Positions 9,187 through 20,451 of a DNA stretch of 64,000 nucleotides are shown in pieces. This DNA comes from Deltaproteobacteria bacterium (lineage in GTDB: Bacteria > Myxococcota_A > UBA9160 > SMWR01): positions 1 to 64,000 of the forward strand of contig JAQBHB010000047.1 of NCBI GenBank assembly GCA_032128115.1, read 5' to 3'. The position numbers and the translations under genes are program-made. The notes beneath the pieces were generated by a model, which was not told the DNA's origin, ran no database searches, and saw only the letters and a program-made list of their open reading frames with translations. Each line of letters starts with the position of its first letter. The first letter of the stretch is position 1.

Positions 9187-10730
9187 ATGCTGCGATTGCG
9201 GCCCTTCCAGTAGGGATCGCGCAGCAAGCGCTTGTAGAGCTTTCCGTTCGGATCCCGGGGCATGGCGTCGGTGAAGTCGATCGAGCGTGGGCATTTGTAT
9301 TTCGCCAGACGCTCGCTGCAGAAGCCGAGAAGCTCGCGTTCGAACTCGGGCCCGGGCGTGACACCCGGCGCCGGCTCGATCACCGCCTTCACCGACTCGC
9401 CCCAGTCGTCGTCGGGAATCCCGAACACCGCCGCATCCCCCACCTGGGGGTGGGAGAAGAGGGCGGCCTCCACCTCGGCGGGATAGATGTTCACGCCGCC
9501 CGAGATGATCATGTCGATCTTGCGGTCGCACAGGAACAGGAAGCCCTCGTCGTTCAGGTAGCCCACGTCGCCCACGGTGAAGAAGTCGCCCCGGCGGTTG
9601 TCGCGGGTCTTGGTCTCGTCGCCCTTGTACCGGAAGTCCTGCAGGATCTTCATGTAGACGCTGCCCACCTGGCCTGCGGGGCACTCCTTGCCGTCGTCGT
9701 CGAGGATGCGGATCGCGGCCTCGGCCCACGCGCGCCCAACCGTGCCCGGATGGCGCAGCCACTCGCCGGGCGTCGCCATGGTGCCGCCGCCCTCGGTGGC
9801 ACCGTAGTACTCGTAGATCACCGGGCCCCACCAATCGAGCATCTTCCGCTTCACGTCTTCCGGGCAGGGCGCTGCGGCGTGCAGCACGTGGGTGAGCGAC
9901 GAAACGTCGTAGCGGCACCGCACCGACTCATCCAGCAGCAGCAGCCGATGGAACTGGGTGGGCACCATGTGGGTGGTGGTCACGCGGTGGCGTTCGATCA
10001 GCTGAAGCGCGACCTCTGGGTCCCACTTCTCCATCAGAAGAACCGCGTGCTCGAAGCTCAGGGAGAAGTAATTGAAGGCGAGAGGAGCCGCGTGATACAT
10101 GGGCGACGTGCACAGATGGACGTTCTCGCCGCCGGGCTCCATCCCGAACCGCAGCAGGTGGGCTGAGATCATCTGCGCCATGGTGTCTGGATCCATGGGA
10201 ATCACATCGCGCTTGATGCCCTTGGGGCGCCCGGTGGTGCCGGACGTGTACTGCATGAACTGTCCCGCCACCCGGTTGTCGGGGCGCGCCACCGGCTGGC
10301 CTGCCTTGAGTTCCGCGTAGTCCACGAATCCGGGGATGGTGCCCACGGCGAAGCGGCTCTCGCCTGGGAGGCCGGCCTCGTCCGCCGCCGCTGCCGCCTT
10401 CTCCTTGAAACTCTCGTGGGCGATCAGGGCCTTGGCACCCGAGTCCGCCAGGATGTACGCGATCTCCGGCGCCGCCAGGTTGGTGTTGATGGGGGTCACG
10501 TACCAACCCATCTGCATCACGGCCAGCAGCACCTCGACGGTGGGGCTGCCGTTGGGAAGCAGCATGGCGACGCAATCGCCGGTTTCGAGGCCGCGAGAGC
10601 GCAGGCCGTGGGCCACCTGGTTGCATGCGGCCAGCAGCTCACCCGCCGGCGTGGTGTGCCCGTCGGCTGCGACGAGCGCAGGTCGCGTGGGCTCCGCCTC
10701 GGCCCACAGCCAGAATCCGCGCGGTCCCAT
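9183..10730 (-). CDS. Acyl-CoA synthetase (AMP-forming)
   Basis: YTSGTTGRPKG, YYGATEG, GDVGY, GGVNIYPAE, PNGKL. Confidence 0.93.
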   Translation of the reverse strand: MGPRGFWLWAEAEPTRPALVAADGHTTPAGELLAACNQVAHGLRSRGLETGDCVAMLLPNGSPTVEVLLAVMQMGWYVTPINTNLAAPEIAYILADSGAKALIAHESFKEKAAAAADEAGLPGESRFAVGTIPGFVDYAELKAGQPVARPDNRVAGQFMQYTSGTTGRPKGIKRDVIPMDPDTMAQMISAHLLRFGMEPGGENVHLCTSPMYHAAPLAFNYFSLSFEHAVLLMEKWDPEVALQLIERHRVTTTHMVPTQFHRLLLLDESVRCRYDVSSLTHVLHAAAPCPEDVKRKMLDWWGPVIYEYYGATEGGGTMATPGEWLRHPGTVGRAWAEAAIRILDDDGKECPAGQVGSVYMKILQDFRYKGDETKTRDNRRGDFFTVGDVGYLNDEGFLFLCDRKIDMIISGGVNIYPAEVEAALFSHPQVGDAAVFGIPDDDWGESVKAVIEPAPGVTPGPEFERELLGFCSERLAKYKCPRSIDFTDAMPRDPNGKLYKRLLRDPYWKGRNRSI

Positions 10731-10780
10731 CTGCGGCGCTCCTTTCTGGGTGTCGGGGAAGATGTCTCTGCCTTTACACG

Positions 10781-10803
10781 GATTCCGACACTGTGTCAGG
10801 ATT
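10781..10803. promoter_or_regulatory. Palindromic operator candidate GACAC-T-GTGTC
   Basis: GATTCCGACACTGTGTCAGGATT between divergent genes, just after TTTACA (10773-10778). Confidence 0.55.
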
Positions 10804-10844
10804 CACCGATCGTAGTTCAGAATCGGCAGGACGGGGAACCGGAG

Positions 10845-11735
10845 ATGCGGATTGGCGTGATCGGGCTCGGCAACATCGGCGGACCCATTGCAGTCAACCT
10901 GCTGGCCGACGGGCACACGGTGACGGTGCACGATCTCGACCCGGCCCGATGCGCGTCGCTGACCGGGGCGGGAGCCCAGGGGGCCGAAGATCCGCCGCAG
11001 GTGGCTCGAAACAGCGAGGTGACCCTGTTGTCGCTTCCCACGCCCGACAGCGTGGATCAGGTGGCCGAGAGCTGGCTGGAAGGCGCAGCCAGAGACGACA
11101 TCCTGGTGGACCTGTCCACCAACGCGCCGGACCGGGTGCGTGGGCTGGGCAAGCGCCTCGAGGCTTCCGGCTTTCACCTGTTGGAGGCCCCGCTCACCGG
11201 CGGCGCGCCGGGTGCAAAGCGTCGCATGCTGGTCTTCCTGGTGGGAGGCGATGACGCGATCTTCGCGCGTTGTCGCCCGATTCTCGAGCAGCTGGGGCAG
11301 GCGGTCTTTCACATGGGAGCGCTGGGGAGCGGTAACACCACCAAGCTCGTCAACAGCCTGCTGGCCTTCACGTCCACCTGGGTGTCGCTCGAGGGGTTGG
11401 CCATCGCTGCAAAGGCGGGCATCGATCTTCGCGTGCTGGTTTCGGCCGTGCGAACCGGTGGCGCAGGAAACTTCTACATCGATCGCATGGTCGAGGGCAT
11501 CAACCAGCGTGGGCGGCCCACCCAGTTCGCGCTGGGGCTCGCCGCCAAGGACGCGGGTCTCATCCTCGACGTGGCCCGCGACCTCGGTGTGCCCACTCCG
11601 GTGGCGTCCTCCATCGCCCAGGTGCTGGTTTCGAGCGTGGCGGCGGGCCTGGCCGACGCCGACTGGAGCGATCTGGTGGAGCTGATCGAACGCCAGGCCG
11701 ATGTGAAGCTGGCTCTGGGGCCGGCGCCCGACTGA
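10845..11735 (+). CDS. 3-hydroxyisobutyrate dehydrogenase/beta-hydroxyacid dehydrogenase family
   Basis: IGLGNIG, EAPLTGG, KLVNS, AAKDAGL. Confidence 0.9.
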   Translation: MRIGVIGLGNIGGPIAVNLLADGHTVTVHDLDPARCASLTGAGAQGAEDPPQVARNSEVTLLSLPTPDSVDQVAESWLEGAARDDILVDLSTNAPDRVRGLGKRLEASGFHLLEAPLTGGAPGAKRRMLVFLVGGDDAIFARCRPILEQLGQAVFHMGALGSGNTTKLVNSLLAFTSTWVSLEGLAIAAKAGIDLRVLVSAVRTGGAGNFYIDRMVEGINQRGRPTQFALGLAAKDAGLILDVARDLGVPTPVASSIAQVLVSSVAAGLADADWSDLVELIERQADVKLALGPAPD

Positions 11736-11779
11736 GTTCAGATCGGCCGTTCGCACGGCTGCGGATATACTCGATCGGA

Positions 11780-12624
11780 ATGCGTCGATTCGCTCTCTGG
11801 GTGGTGATCCTCTGTGTGCTCGCCGCAGCGTGGTTCGCTGTTGTTGCGGGCGACCCGACGCCGCAGTCATCGGACGCGAGACTCGAGCGGGTGCGCGTGG
11901 CTCGCGAGGCCCGGCAGCGGCGGTCGCGCGAGGAGTCCCTGGTGCCGCGGCTTCCGGCCCCCGACCCGGGGCTCTCTCGCAGCGAGGGGATGGAGCGTTA
12001 CCGGCAGGGCGTGGGCCTGCTCGAGGCGGGAGATTTCTGGGATGCGGCCCCTCATCTCTCGGCGGCCCACGAGGCGATGCCGGAGGACGAAGCGTCCTGC
12101 ATCGTCCTGGCGGACCTCTTCTACCGGCTTAACCTGGTCAAGAATGCCATCGAGCTGTTGCCCTGTCTTACGCGCGCCGCGAAGCTGACGCGGTGACCGG
12201 CTTCGCCTCGGATCGCCTGATTCCGGTGGTGATCTACGAAGGCGGCGACCTGAATCACGTGACCGGTACACCCAGCTGGATACCAGGGCTTTTCGACGGC
12301 AAGATCCGACTGGACAGTGAGCTGCTGGCTTCGGGGCCCATGCTCGAGGGGCTGCTCGGTCGCCAGGTGCTTCCGGACCTCCGAGAACTCTCGGGGGGCT
12401 ACTCGAGCATGACCCAGGATCGGGCCGAGCTGGCGTACCGGCAGGCGTACTGGATGTCGCGCGACCTGGTGGACATGTTCGGTTGGGAAGGCGTGGCCTG
12501 GTTCCTGGGCCGGCTGGAAGGAGATCCCCGCGCTCCCTTCGATCAGGCCTTCCAGGAATCGTTCGGCGAGGTTCCCCAGGTATACCTGGATCGCTGGTAC
12601 GACGATTGGCTGGGAAGGGGCTGA
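11780..12624 (+). pseudogene. Probable remnant of a TPR + peptidase MA-like domain gene, in two ORFs (11780-12196, 12193-12624)
   Basis: N-terminal TM plus one TPR-like repeat, then IPVVIY...WIPGLFDGKIR...AYRQAY...FQESFG with no HEXXH. Confidence 0.55.
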
Positions 12625-12629
12625 GCCAG

Positions 12630-13520
12630 GTGCGCGTCCAGCTGATTGCCAACCCGATCGCGGGCGGTGGCGCCGGAGCCGACTCGGCCGAGCGCGTGGC
12701 GGCGATGCTGCGCGGGCGGGGCCACCGGGTCGAATGCCACTTCACCCGGGGCGCGGGTGACGCACAGCGCCTGGCGGCGGCTGCCGAGTCCGCCTGTGAC
12801 TGTCTGTTCGTCGTAGGCGGGGACGGCACCCTGAACGAGGTGCTCAACGGCTTGGAGGACCCCTCGCGGGTGCCTTTGGCGCTCCTGGCCGTGGGCACTG
12901 CGAACATGCTGGCCCGGGATCTCGATCTCCCGAGCGAACCCGGTGCCGCCGCCGCTCTGGTGGAGAGCGAAACCACGCGGAGCGTGGATCTGGCGCGGAT
13001 CGGAAAACACCGGTTCTTCGGCAACGTGGGGGTGGGCTTCGATGCGGCGGTGGTGGCAGACATCGCACGCCGCCGCGCGGGAACCCTGGGCTTCCGCGCC
13101 TACCTGGCGCCGATCTTCCGGGTGCTCTCGCGCTACCGCGAGCCGTTGCTGGAGGTGCGCATGGATGGCGGGGCGCCTCGTCTCGCGGGCTGGGTGGTCG
13201 TGAGCAACCTGAGCAACTACGGCGGCCTCTTCACATTCTCGCCGGAAGCCCGCTGCGATTCGGGCCACCTGGAGGTCTGCGTCTTCACGCGCGCGCGTCG
13301 TCGCGATCTGGTGCGCGCCGCGGCCGCGTCCCGCCGCGGCCGGCTCGAGGCCCTGCCTGGCGTGTCGTATCATTCGGCCCGGCGGATCGTGGTGACTTCC
13401 GGCGAACCGGTGCCGGTGCAGGTGGACGGCGACGCCTGGGGCACCACCCCGGTGGAGCTGGCGATCGAGCCGTCGCCCGTGCGCATCCTGGTCAGCGCTC
13501 CTCGCGCTGGAGCAGGCTGA
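12630..13520 (+). CDS. Diacylglycerol kinase family lipid kinase (YegS/DgkB-like)
   Basis: IANPIAG, GGDGTLNEV, GTANMLA, GVGFDA, QVDGD. Confidence 0.92.
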   Translation: MRVQLIANPIAGGGAGADSAERVAAMLRGRGHRVECHFTRGAGDAQRLAAAAESACDCLFVVGGDGTLNEVLNGLEDPSRVPLALLAVGTANMLARDLDLPSEPGAAAALVESETTRSVDLARIGKHRFFGNVGVGFDAAVVADIARRRAGTLGFRAYLAPIFRVLSRYREPLLEVRMDGGAPRLAGWVVVSNLSNYGGLFTFSPEARCDSGHLEVCVFTRARRRDLVRAAAASRRGRLEALPGVSYHSARRIVVTSGEPVPVQVDGDAWGTTPVELAIEPSPVRILVSAPRAGAG

Positions 13521-14655
13521 TGGTGCAGACGCTGCCGCCACCCACCAGGTGAGCCATGCCGATGCGGGCGTTCTCCACCTGACGCGGACCCGCCTCGCCG
13601 CGCAGCTGGAGCGCCAGCTCGTGAATCTGGGCCAGGCCGGTGGGGCCGCCGGGATGGCCGCGGGCGATCAGGCCACCATCGGTGTTGAACGGGAAGCGCC
13701 CGCCCAGCGCGGTGTCGCCCGCCTCCACCAGCTTTTCCGCCTCGCCCTCGGCGCAGAAGCCCAGCAGCTCGTAATACTCGAGCTCTTCGCTGGCGAAGGC
13801 ATCGTGCACCAGCGTCACGTCCACGTCGTGGGGATCGATGCCCGATTCCTCGTAGGCCTGGCGCGCCGTGTCGCGGGTCATGGAAGGCGGACCCACCACG
13901 GGCCCCATGAAGGTATGGCCACGCTCGTAGGTCTCGGTCTGGAGCGTCGAGGCCACCGGCACCACCAGCGGGCGGTACGGCCGTCTCTTCCGGGCGAAAT
14001 CCTTGCGGGCCAGGATTGCGCAGGAGGCGCCGTCGTCCACGGGGCATGTCATCATGGATGTCACGGGCTCGGCGATCTTGCGCGACGCGAGTACTTCTTC
14101 CACGGTCACTACGTGATCTGCCTGTCGGTGGCTGAAGGGATTCTTCGCGCCCTGGTTCCAGTTCTTGGCCGCGATCTTCGCGAAGTGCTCGGGCTTGGTG
14201 CCGCGCTCATGCATGCGACGCATGGCCCACAGGGAGAAGTAGGCCGCGGGCAGGATCACGTTGTCGATGGCATCGCGCCCCTGGTCGCCGCGGCCAGGCG
14301 CGTGTCGCGACGCCTCGCTCATCTTGTCGAAGCCCAGGGCCATCACCACGTCGGCGCGCCCGCTGGCCACCGCGTAGGCGGCATCGCGAAAGGCCACGAG
14401 CCCCGTGGCCGAGGCGTTCTCCACGTGGGTCACCGGCAGGCCAGTGAGCCCGAACTCCTTCATGGCCCGGATTCCGGTCATGACCGGGTGGAAGAGGTAT
14501 CCGACGAAGGCCTCGTCCACTTCGTTGAACGAGATCCCGGCGTCGTCCAGGGCCCGCAGCCCGGCCTCGAGAGCCAGGTCGGCCGGCGAGCGGTCCGGAT
14601 AGAGGCCGTAGCGCGTCGTACCCACGCCCAGAACCGCCACGTCTTCGAGCTTCAC
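13492..14655 (-). CDS. Thiolase-like (SCP2-type) protein, Ser at the Cys position
   Basis: VENASATG, CPVDDGA, HDAFASEE, GGLIARGHPGGPTG; GTG start overlaps upstream stop. Confidence 0.88.
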   Translation of the reverse strand: MKLEDVAVLGVGTTRYGLYPDRSPADLALEAGLRALDDAGISFNEVDEAFVGYLFHPVMTGIRAMKEFGLTGLPVTHVENASATGLVAFRDAAYAVASGRADVVMALGFDKMSEASRHAPGRGDQGRDAIDNVILPAAYFSLWAMRRMHERGTKPEHFAKIAAKNWNQGAKNPFSHRQADHVVTVEEVLASRKIAEPVTSMMTCPVDDGASCAILARKDFARKRRPYRPLVVPVASTLQTETYERGHTFMGPVVGPPSMTRDTARQAYEESGIDPHDVDVTLVHDAFASEELEYYELLGFCAEGEAEKLVEAGDTALGGRFPFNTDGGLIARGHPGGPTGLAQIHELALQLRGEAGPRQVENARIGMAHLVGGGSVCTISLLQREER

Positions 14656-15134
14656 GATGCCTCCCCGGCCAGCGCCTCGGCCCCGGCGACGGGTCGGAAG
14701 CGATAGATCACCACCTGTTCGCCGTTCTTGTTCTCGCGCAGGGTTTCGAGCTCTACTTCCATCTCCATCCCGATCCGAAAGTCGTCGGGGCCGCCCGACA
14801 ACACCGACATCACCCGCGGCCCCTGGGGCAGGTCCACCTGGCCCACTCCGTAGCCGCCCTGGTCGGCGCGCCGGGTGTTGAAGAGCGGGAAGTGCACGTA
14901 GGTATAGGTGTAGAGCGTTCCGCGGGTTCCCAGCTCCACGTTCTCGGTTTCGCGGGCGAAGCACCTGGCGCACACCCGGCGGCGCGGGAAGAACACCTCA
15001 CTGCAGCTCTTGCAGCGGGAGCCCAGCAGGCGGGGCGGCTCGGTCGGGTCGTCGGGAATGCGGAAGAACCCCGCCTCGATGGGAACCCGCGCCACGCGGG
15101 CCTCGCTGGAATCCGGATCCGGTCGGGTGCTCAA
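14652..15134 (-). CDS. DUF35 Zn-ribbon/OB-fold protein
   Basis: LLGSRCKSC...FPRRRVCARC, GTLYTYT, IGMEM; TTG start after AGGAGGA. Confidence 0.88.
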   Translation of the reverse strand: MSTRPDPDSSEARVARVPIEAGFFRIPDDPTEPPRLLGSRCKSCSEVFFPRRRVCARCFARETENVELGTRGTLYTYTYVHFPLFNTRRADQGGYGVGQVDLPQGPRVMSVLSGGPDDFRIGMEMEVELETLRENKNGEQVVIYRFRPVAGAEALAGEAS

Positions 15135-15172
15135 GATCGATCCTCCTGGTGGACGGGGCTCGGAGACGCTAG

Positions 15173-15186
15173 TAGAACACGTTCCA
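15173..15186. promoter_or_regulatory. KstR-type operator TnnAACnnGTTnnA
   Basis: TAGAACACGTTCCA matches the consensus exactly, in a 73-bp divergent intergenic region. Confidence 0.65.
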
Positions 15187-15207
15187 ATGCTGTGAGACAA
15201 TACGCTC

Positions 15208-16878
<1,671 letters not shown>

Positions 16879-16887
16879 TCGGATTCC

Positions 16888-18180
16888 TCAATCCAGGCGC
16901 TCCGCCGCCTCCCGAAGTTCGTCCCGGAAGTCCGGATGCGCGATCTCGCACAGAGCACGCGCTCGCTCGCGGACCGTCTTGTGCGAGACCTCGGCCGCTC
17001 CGTACTCGGTGACCACCACGTCGAGCTGGTGGCGGGGCGTGGTCACGATCGTGCCGGCCGAAAGCTGGGGCGCAATCCGCGTGAGGGTGCGGCCGTTCAC
17101 CGTTACGGTGGACGGCAGGCAGATCAGCGAGCGGTCGTCGGATTCGAGGCTCGCGCCCGAAGTGAAGTCCTCGTGGCCGCCGATCCCCGAGTGTTGGCGA
17201 CCGTTGATGGTGTCCGCCACCACCTGTCCCGCCAGGTCGAGCATCAGGGCCCCGTTGATCGAGAGCATGTTGCGGTTGCGGGCGATGATCGACGGCGTGT
17301 TGATCCGTTCCACGGGGAGGAAGCGCACCGCTTCCTGAGCGTCCAGCCAGTTGCAGAGCTCGGGTGTTCCCAGGGCGAAGGTGGTGACGGAGATGCCCTC
17401 GAAGATCCCCTTGTGCTTGTTGGTCACCTTGCCGGCCTTGTGGAGCTGCATGAGGCCCGTGGTGAACATCTCGCTGTGGATTCCGTAGTCGCCTCCCGGG
17501 CCGTCGGCCAGCAGTGCTGCCACGGCCCCCGGGATGCCCCCGATCCCCGTCTGCAGGGTGCTTCCGTCCTTCACGTAGGTCCGAACGTGCTCGGCGATGG
17601 CGCATTCGATCTCGCTGGGCTCGCCGTCGGGCAACACCGGCGGATTCCGGTCGGCCTCGATCACCACGTCCACGTGGTCCACATGCACGGCGTGGCGGTG
17701 GCCCGGGGGGATGCCGAGCGTGCGCGGCAGCTGGGCGTTGGTTTCCACCACGAGCAGCCGATCGGGATCGCGGCCGCAGCGCTCGATCTCGGGAATCGTG
17801 GCGCCCGCGTGGAGGGATAGGCTCATCCAGCCGTCGGCGTCCGGAGGCGTCGCGGCGGTGGCTACCACCCGCGGCGCGAGGCGCGCAAGGAACGTCGTGA
17901 AGCGGCGGAAGTCGCTGGGCACGAATTCGACGGCACCGCCTGCGTCGCGCAGGCCGCGTTCGATCGGACCGTAGAAGGCCGAAATCATCCGCACGCCGCG
18001 GCGGCGGAACAGGGGATAGGCGCCAAGAAGCATGGCCGTGAAGACGGTGAAGTTCTCCCAGTCGTCACGCTCGCCGAGCGCCTCGAGAAAGGCCGGTGTC
18101 TGCCCGGGACCCAATGCAGTCGCCAGCGTGTCATCGGGCCGGATCAGGGCCGCAGCTTCTTCGGGACACAGATTCTTCAT
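16888..18180 (-). CDS. Acetyl-CoA hydrolase/4-hydroxybutyrate CoA-transferase family
   Basis: LQTGIGGIP, GIHSEMF, SGIGGHEDF, VVTEYG, IAHPDFR. Confidence 0.9.
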   Translation of the reverse strand: MKNLCPEEAAALIRPDDTLATALGPGQTPAFLEALGERDDWENFTVFTAMLLGAYPLFRRRGVRMISAFYGPIERGLRDAGGAVEFVPSDFRRFTTFLARLAPRVVATAATPPDADGWMSLSLHAGATIPEIERCGRDPDRLLVVETNAQLPRTLGIPPGHRHAVHVDHVDVVIEADRNPPVLPDGEPSEIECAIAEHVRTYVKDGSTLQTGIGGIPGAVAALLADGPGGDYGIHSEMFTTGLMQLHKAGKVTNKHKGIFEGISVTTFALGTPELCNWLDAQEAVRFLPVERINTPSIIARNRNMLSINGALMLDLAGQVVADTINGRQHSGIGGHEDFTSGASLESDDRSLICLPSTVTVNGRTLTRIAPQLSAGTIVTTPRHQLDVVVTEYGAAEVSHKTVRERARALCEIAHPDFRDELREAAERLD

Positions 18181-18183
18181 GGG

Positions 18184-19431
18184 TCAGATCACTCCCAGGC
18201 CGTGGAGCCGCGCCAGCTCCCCAGTGTCGAGCGCCAGTTCGCCCTCCAGCACCTCGTCGGTGTGTTGCCCGAGTCCGGGAAACGATCCGATCGGGCCCTC
18301 GGCCACCCGTGAGAGCTTCACGGGGTTTCCCACCACCAGCATGGGGCGGCCACCGTCCGGATTGGGCACCTCGATCAGCATGGAGTGCGATTCCACGTGG
18401 GGGTCGTCGTAGATGTCCTCGGCCAGGTTGCTGGGGCCGGCGGCGATGCCCTGCTCGCACAAATCACGCGCGGCCTCGAGCTTCGTCTTGTCGAGGGCCC
18501 AGGTTTCCAGGGCGGGACGGATCACGGGCTCGATGCAGCGTGCCCAACCCTCGCGCGTGGCGAAGCGCTCCTGCTGGCACCACTCCGGATGCCCCACCAG
18601 CGTCGCCAGCCGCTCGAAGTGGTGCTCGCGAAACACGGCCACCACGAAGTAGCCGTCTCGGGCCTGGAAGGCGCCCACGATGGCCGTGGATCCGGCGGCG
18701 GCGAGCTTGGCAGGGGCCCGCATGGACCACAGCTGCGGAACCATGTCGGCCATGGCGATCATGGCATCGTACATGGAGATGTCCACGTGCTGTCCCAGGC
18801 CCGTGTTCTCGCGGTGGCGCAGGGCCGCCAGGATTCCGATCACCGCAAACAGGGCGCTGGCGTTGTCGCCCAGGGCGCCCGCCACCACCACCGGCGGGGG
18901 CTCGCCCTCCTTGCGGTTGGGTTCGTAGATCCCCCCCATGGCCTCGACAATCGGGGCATACGCCGGCCACGACGCGTACGGCGAATCGACCAGGTTGCCG
19001 AAGCCGGAGATGGAGACGTAGATGGCGCGGGGGTGGATCGCTGCGATGTCTTCATAACCGAGCCCCAGTCGCTCCATGCTTCCGGGCTTCAGGTTCTCGG
19101 CCACCACGTCGAAGCGGGGCACGAGCCGCTTGAAGAGCTCGCGACCTTCGTCGTGCTTGAGGTCGAGTGCGATGCTCTTCTTGCTCAGGTTGTTGCGCAG
19201 GTAGGTGGCCCCCACCTGGCGGCCGTCGGCGTCGGTCCACATCGGCCGCGCGCCCCGGCCCTGGTCGCCCGCCACCGGGTGCTCGATCTTGACCACGTCG
19301 GCGCCCAGGTGCGCCATCAGCTGGGTGGCGTAGGGCAGGGCCTGCATCTGCTCGGCGGCCAGCACGCGCACGCCGGTCAAGGGCTTGCCCCACTTCGAGC
19401 GTTCTTCATGGCGAATTTCGCCGATCCGCAT
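18184..19431 (-). CDS. CaiB/BaiF class III CoA-transferase
   Basis: LTGVRVL, LGADVVKIE, KKSIALDLK, ENLKPG, LGQHTDEVL. Confidence 0.92.
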   Translation of the reverse strand: MRIGEIRHEERSKWGKPLTGVRVLAAEQMQALPYATQLMAHLGADVVKIEHPVAGDQGRGARPMWTDADGRQVGATYLRNNLSKKSIALDLKHDEGRELFKRLVPRFDVVAENLKPGSMERLGLGYEDIAAIHPRAIYVSISGFGNLVDSPYASWPAYAPIVEAMGGIYEPNRKEGEPPPVVVAGALGDNASALFAVIGILAALRHRENTGLGQHVDISMYDAMIAMADMVPQLWSMRAPAKLAAAGSTAIVGAFQARDGYFVVAVFREHHFERLATLVGHPEWCQQERFATREGWARCIEPVIRPALETWALDKTKLEAARDLCEQGIAAGPSNLAEDIYDDPHVESHSMLIEVPNPDGGRPMLVVGNPVKLSRVAEGPIGSFPGLGQHTDEVLEGELALDTGELARLHGLGVI

Positions 19432-19502
19432 CGGCCGGACTATAGGCGACGACCGGCGCCGCCCGCCCTCGTCCCGTGGTAGGTTGGGGAGGCGAGGATC
19501 CG

Positions 19503-19595
19503 ATGATTAACGACCGAAAAGAAGTCGAAAAAGCCTGGCGGCACTTCGTGGCCGTTGGGGACAGTGGCGACCGGAACGCGTGGGCCGATCTCACG
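19503..19595 (+). pseudogene. N-terminal remnant of a SnoaL/NTF2-like gene
   Basis: GAGG RBS then MINDRKEVEKAWRHFVAVGDSGDRNAWADLT, resembling the first helices of NTF2-like proteins; similarity ends abruptly. Confidence 0.4.
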
Positions 19596-19610
19596 GGCCG
19601 ACGGAGGTGC

Positions 19611-19817
19611 TCAGGACCTGGACTCCAGATATTCGCGGAGCGCTACTGCGTTGTTGAAACGTTCCTCGCGCGAGCCGGATACGAACGCAACGGGCCCGGA
19701 TCGGGCGTACTCGAGCAGCGTTTCGACGGGCTCGTGGCGCTCCACCAGCACCCGGCTGCCGTCTGAAGGAGACACCTTCTCGTAGGCGCGCTTCAAGGCG
19801 ATTGAAAACCTGGCCAT
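19611..19817 (-). pseudogene. DUF488/YeaO-like gene with in-frame internal deletion
   Basis: LKRAYE..SDGSRVLVER joined directly to the C-terminal ...NNAVALREYL; central LWPRG...APS...LR region absent; only 68 aa. Confidence 0.75.
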
Positions 19818-19820
19818 TCC

Positions 19821-19852
19821 CGGACCTCAACAGAACCGGACCCCAACAGAAC
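19821..19852. repeat. 16-bp tandem duplication (2 copies, 1 mismatch)
   Basis: CGGACCTCAACAGAAC CGGACCCCAACAGAAC. Confidence 0.85.
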
Positions 19853-20352
19853 TAGGTCGCATTCTCCGCGGTGCTTCTGGAGGTTCGATGCCGGAACAGC
19901 AGCAGGGCCACACCCAGCACGATGGCCACGTCTGCCAGGTTGAAGATCCCGGTGCGCATGGCGCCGAGGCCCACGCTCACGAAGTCGGTGACGGCTCCAC
20001 TGTGGAGCAACCGGTCGATCCAGTTGGCCAGGCCACCTCCCGCCACGAGCCCCAGGGCTACGATCTGGTGGCGGGTGACCCGCCCCGAGCCCAGCAGCAA
20101 TGCGCACACGATCAGCAGGCCCAGCGGCGCCAGCACGAGGAACGCCACGTCGCGGGCCCCGTCCGGGAGCCGGGCCCCCAGGCTGAGAAACGCGCCGGGA
20201 TTTGACACCAGCTCGAAGCGCACGGCGTCCCCGACCAGCGAGAATCCGGGCGAAGCCCCGAGGGCACCGCGCGCCATCTCCTTGGTGGCGTGATCACACC
20301 CGATCGCCGCCAACAGGATCGCGCAGAAGAGGAATGCCTGACGCTTCGTCAT
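19852..20352 (-). CDS. lspA: Lipoprotein signal peptidase II
   Basis: DHATK, NPGAFLS, GGGLANWIDR, VTDF, IFNLAD. Confidence 0.93.
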   Translation of the reverse strand: MTKRQAFLFCAILLAAIGCDHATKEMARGALGASPGFSLVGDAVRFELVSNPGAFLSLGARLPDGARDVAFLVLAPLGLLIVCALLLGSGRVTRHQIVALGLVAGGGLANWIDRLLHSGAVTDFVSVGLGAMRTGIFNLADVAIVLGVALLLFRHRTSRSTAENAT

Positions 20353-20432
20353 GACTCGGGCGCGTTTCGCGCGCGGCTCCAGAAGAAGAGCGTCAACAAT
20401 GTGACCGGGATTTCGGTGGCCAGGCCGTTCAT
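20349..20432 (-). other. 27-aa small ORF or gene remnant coupled to lspA
   Basis: GAAGGAGA RBS, MNGLATEIPVTLLTLFFWSRARNAPES*, stop overlaps lspA start (ATGA). Confidence 0.4.
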
Positions 20433-20451
20433 GGTGGTTTCTCCTTCGGGG

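Noticed and set aside
13492..13520. 29-bp overlap of convergent lipid kinase and thiolase ends
   Set aside because: Short convergent overlaps are ordinary
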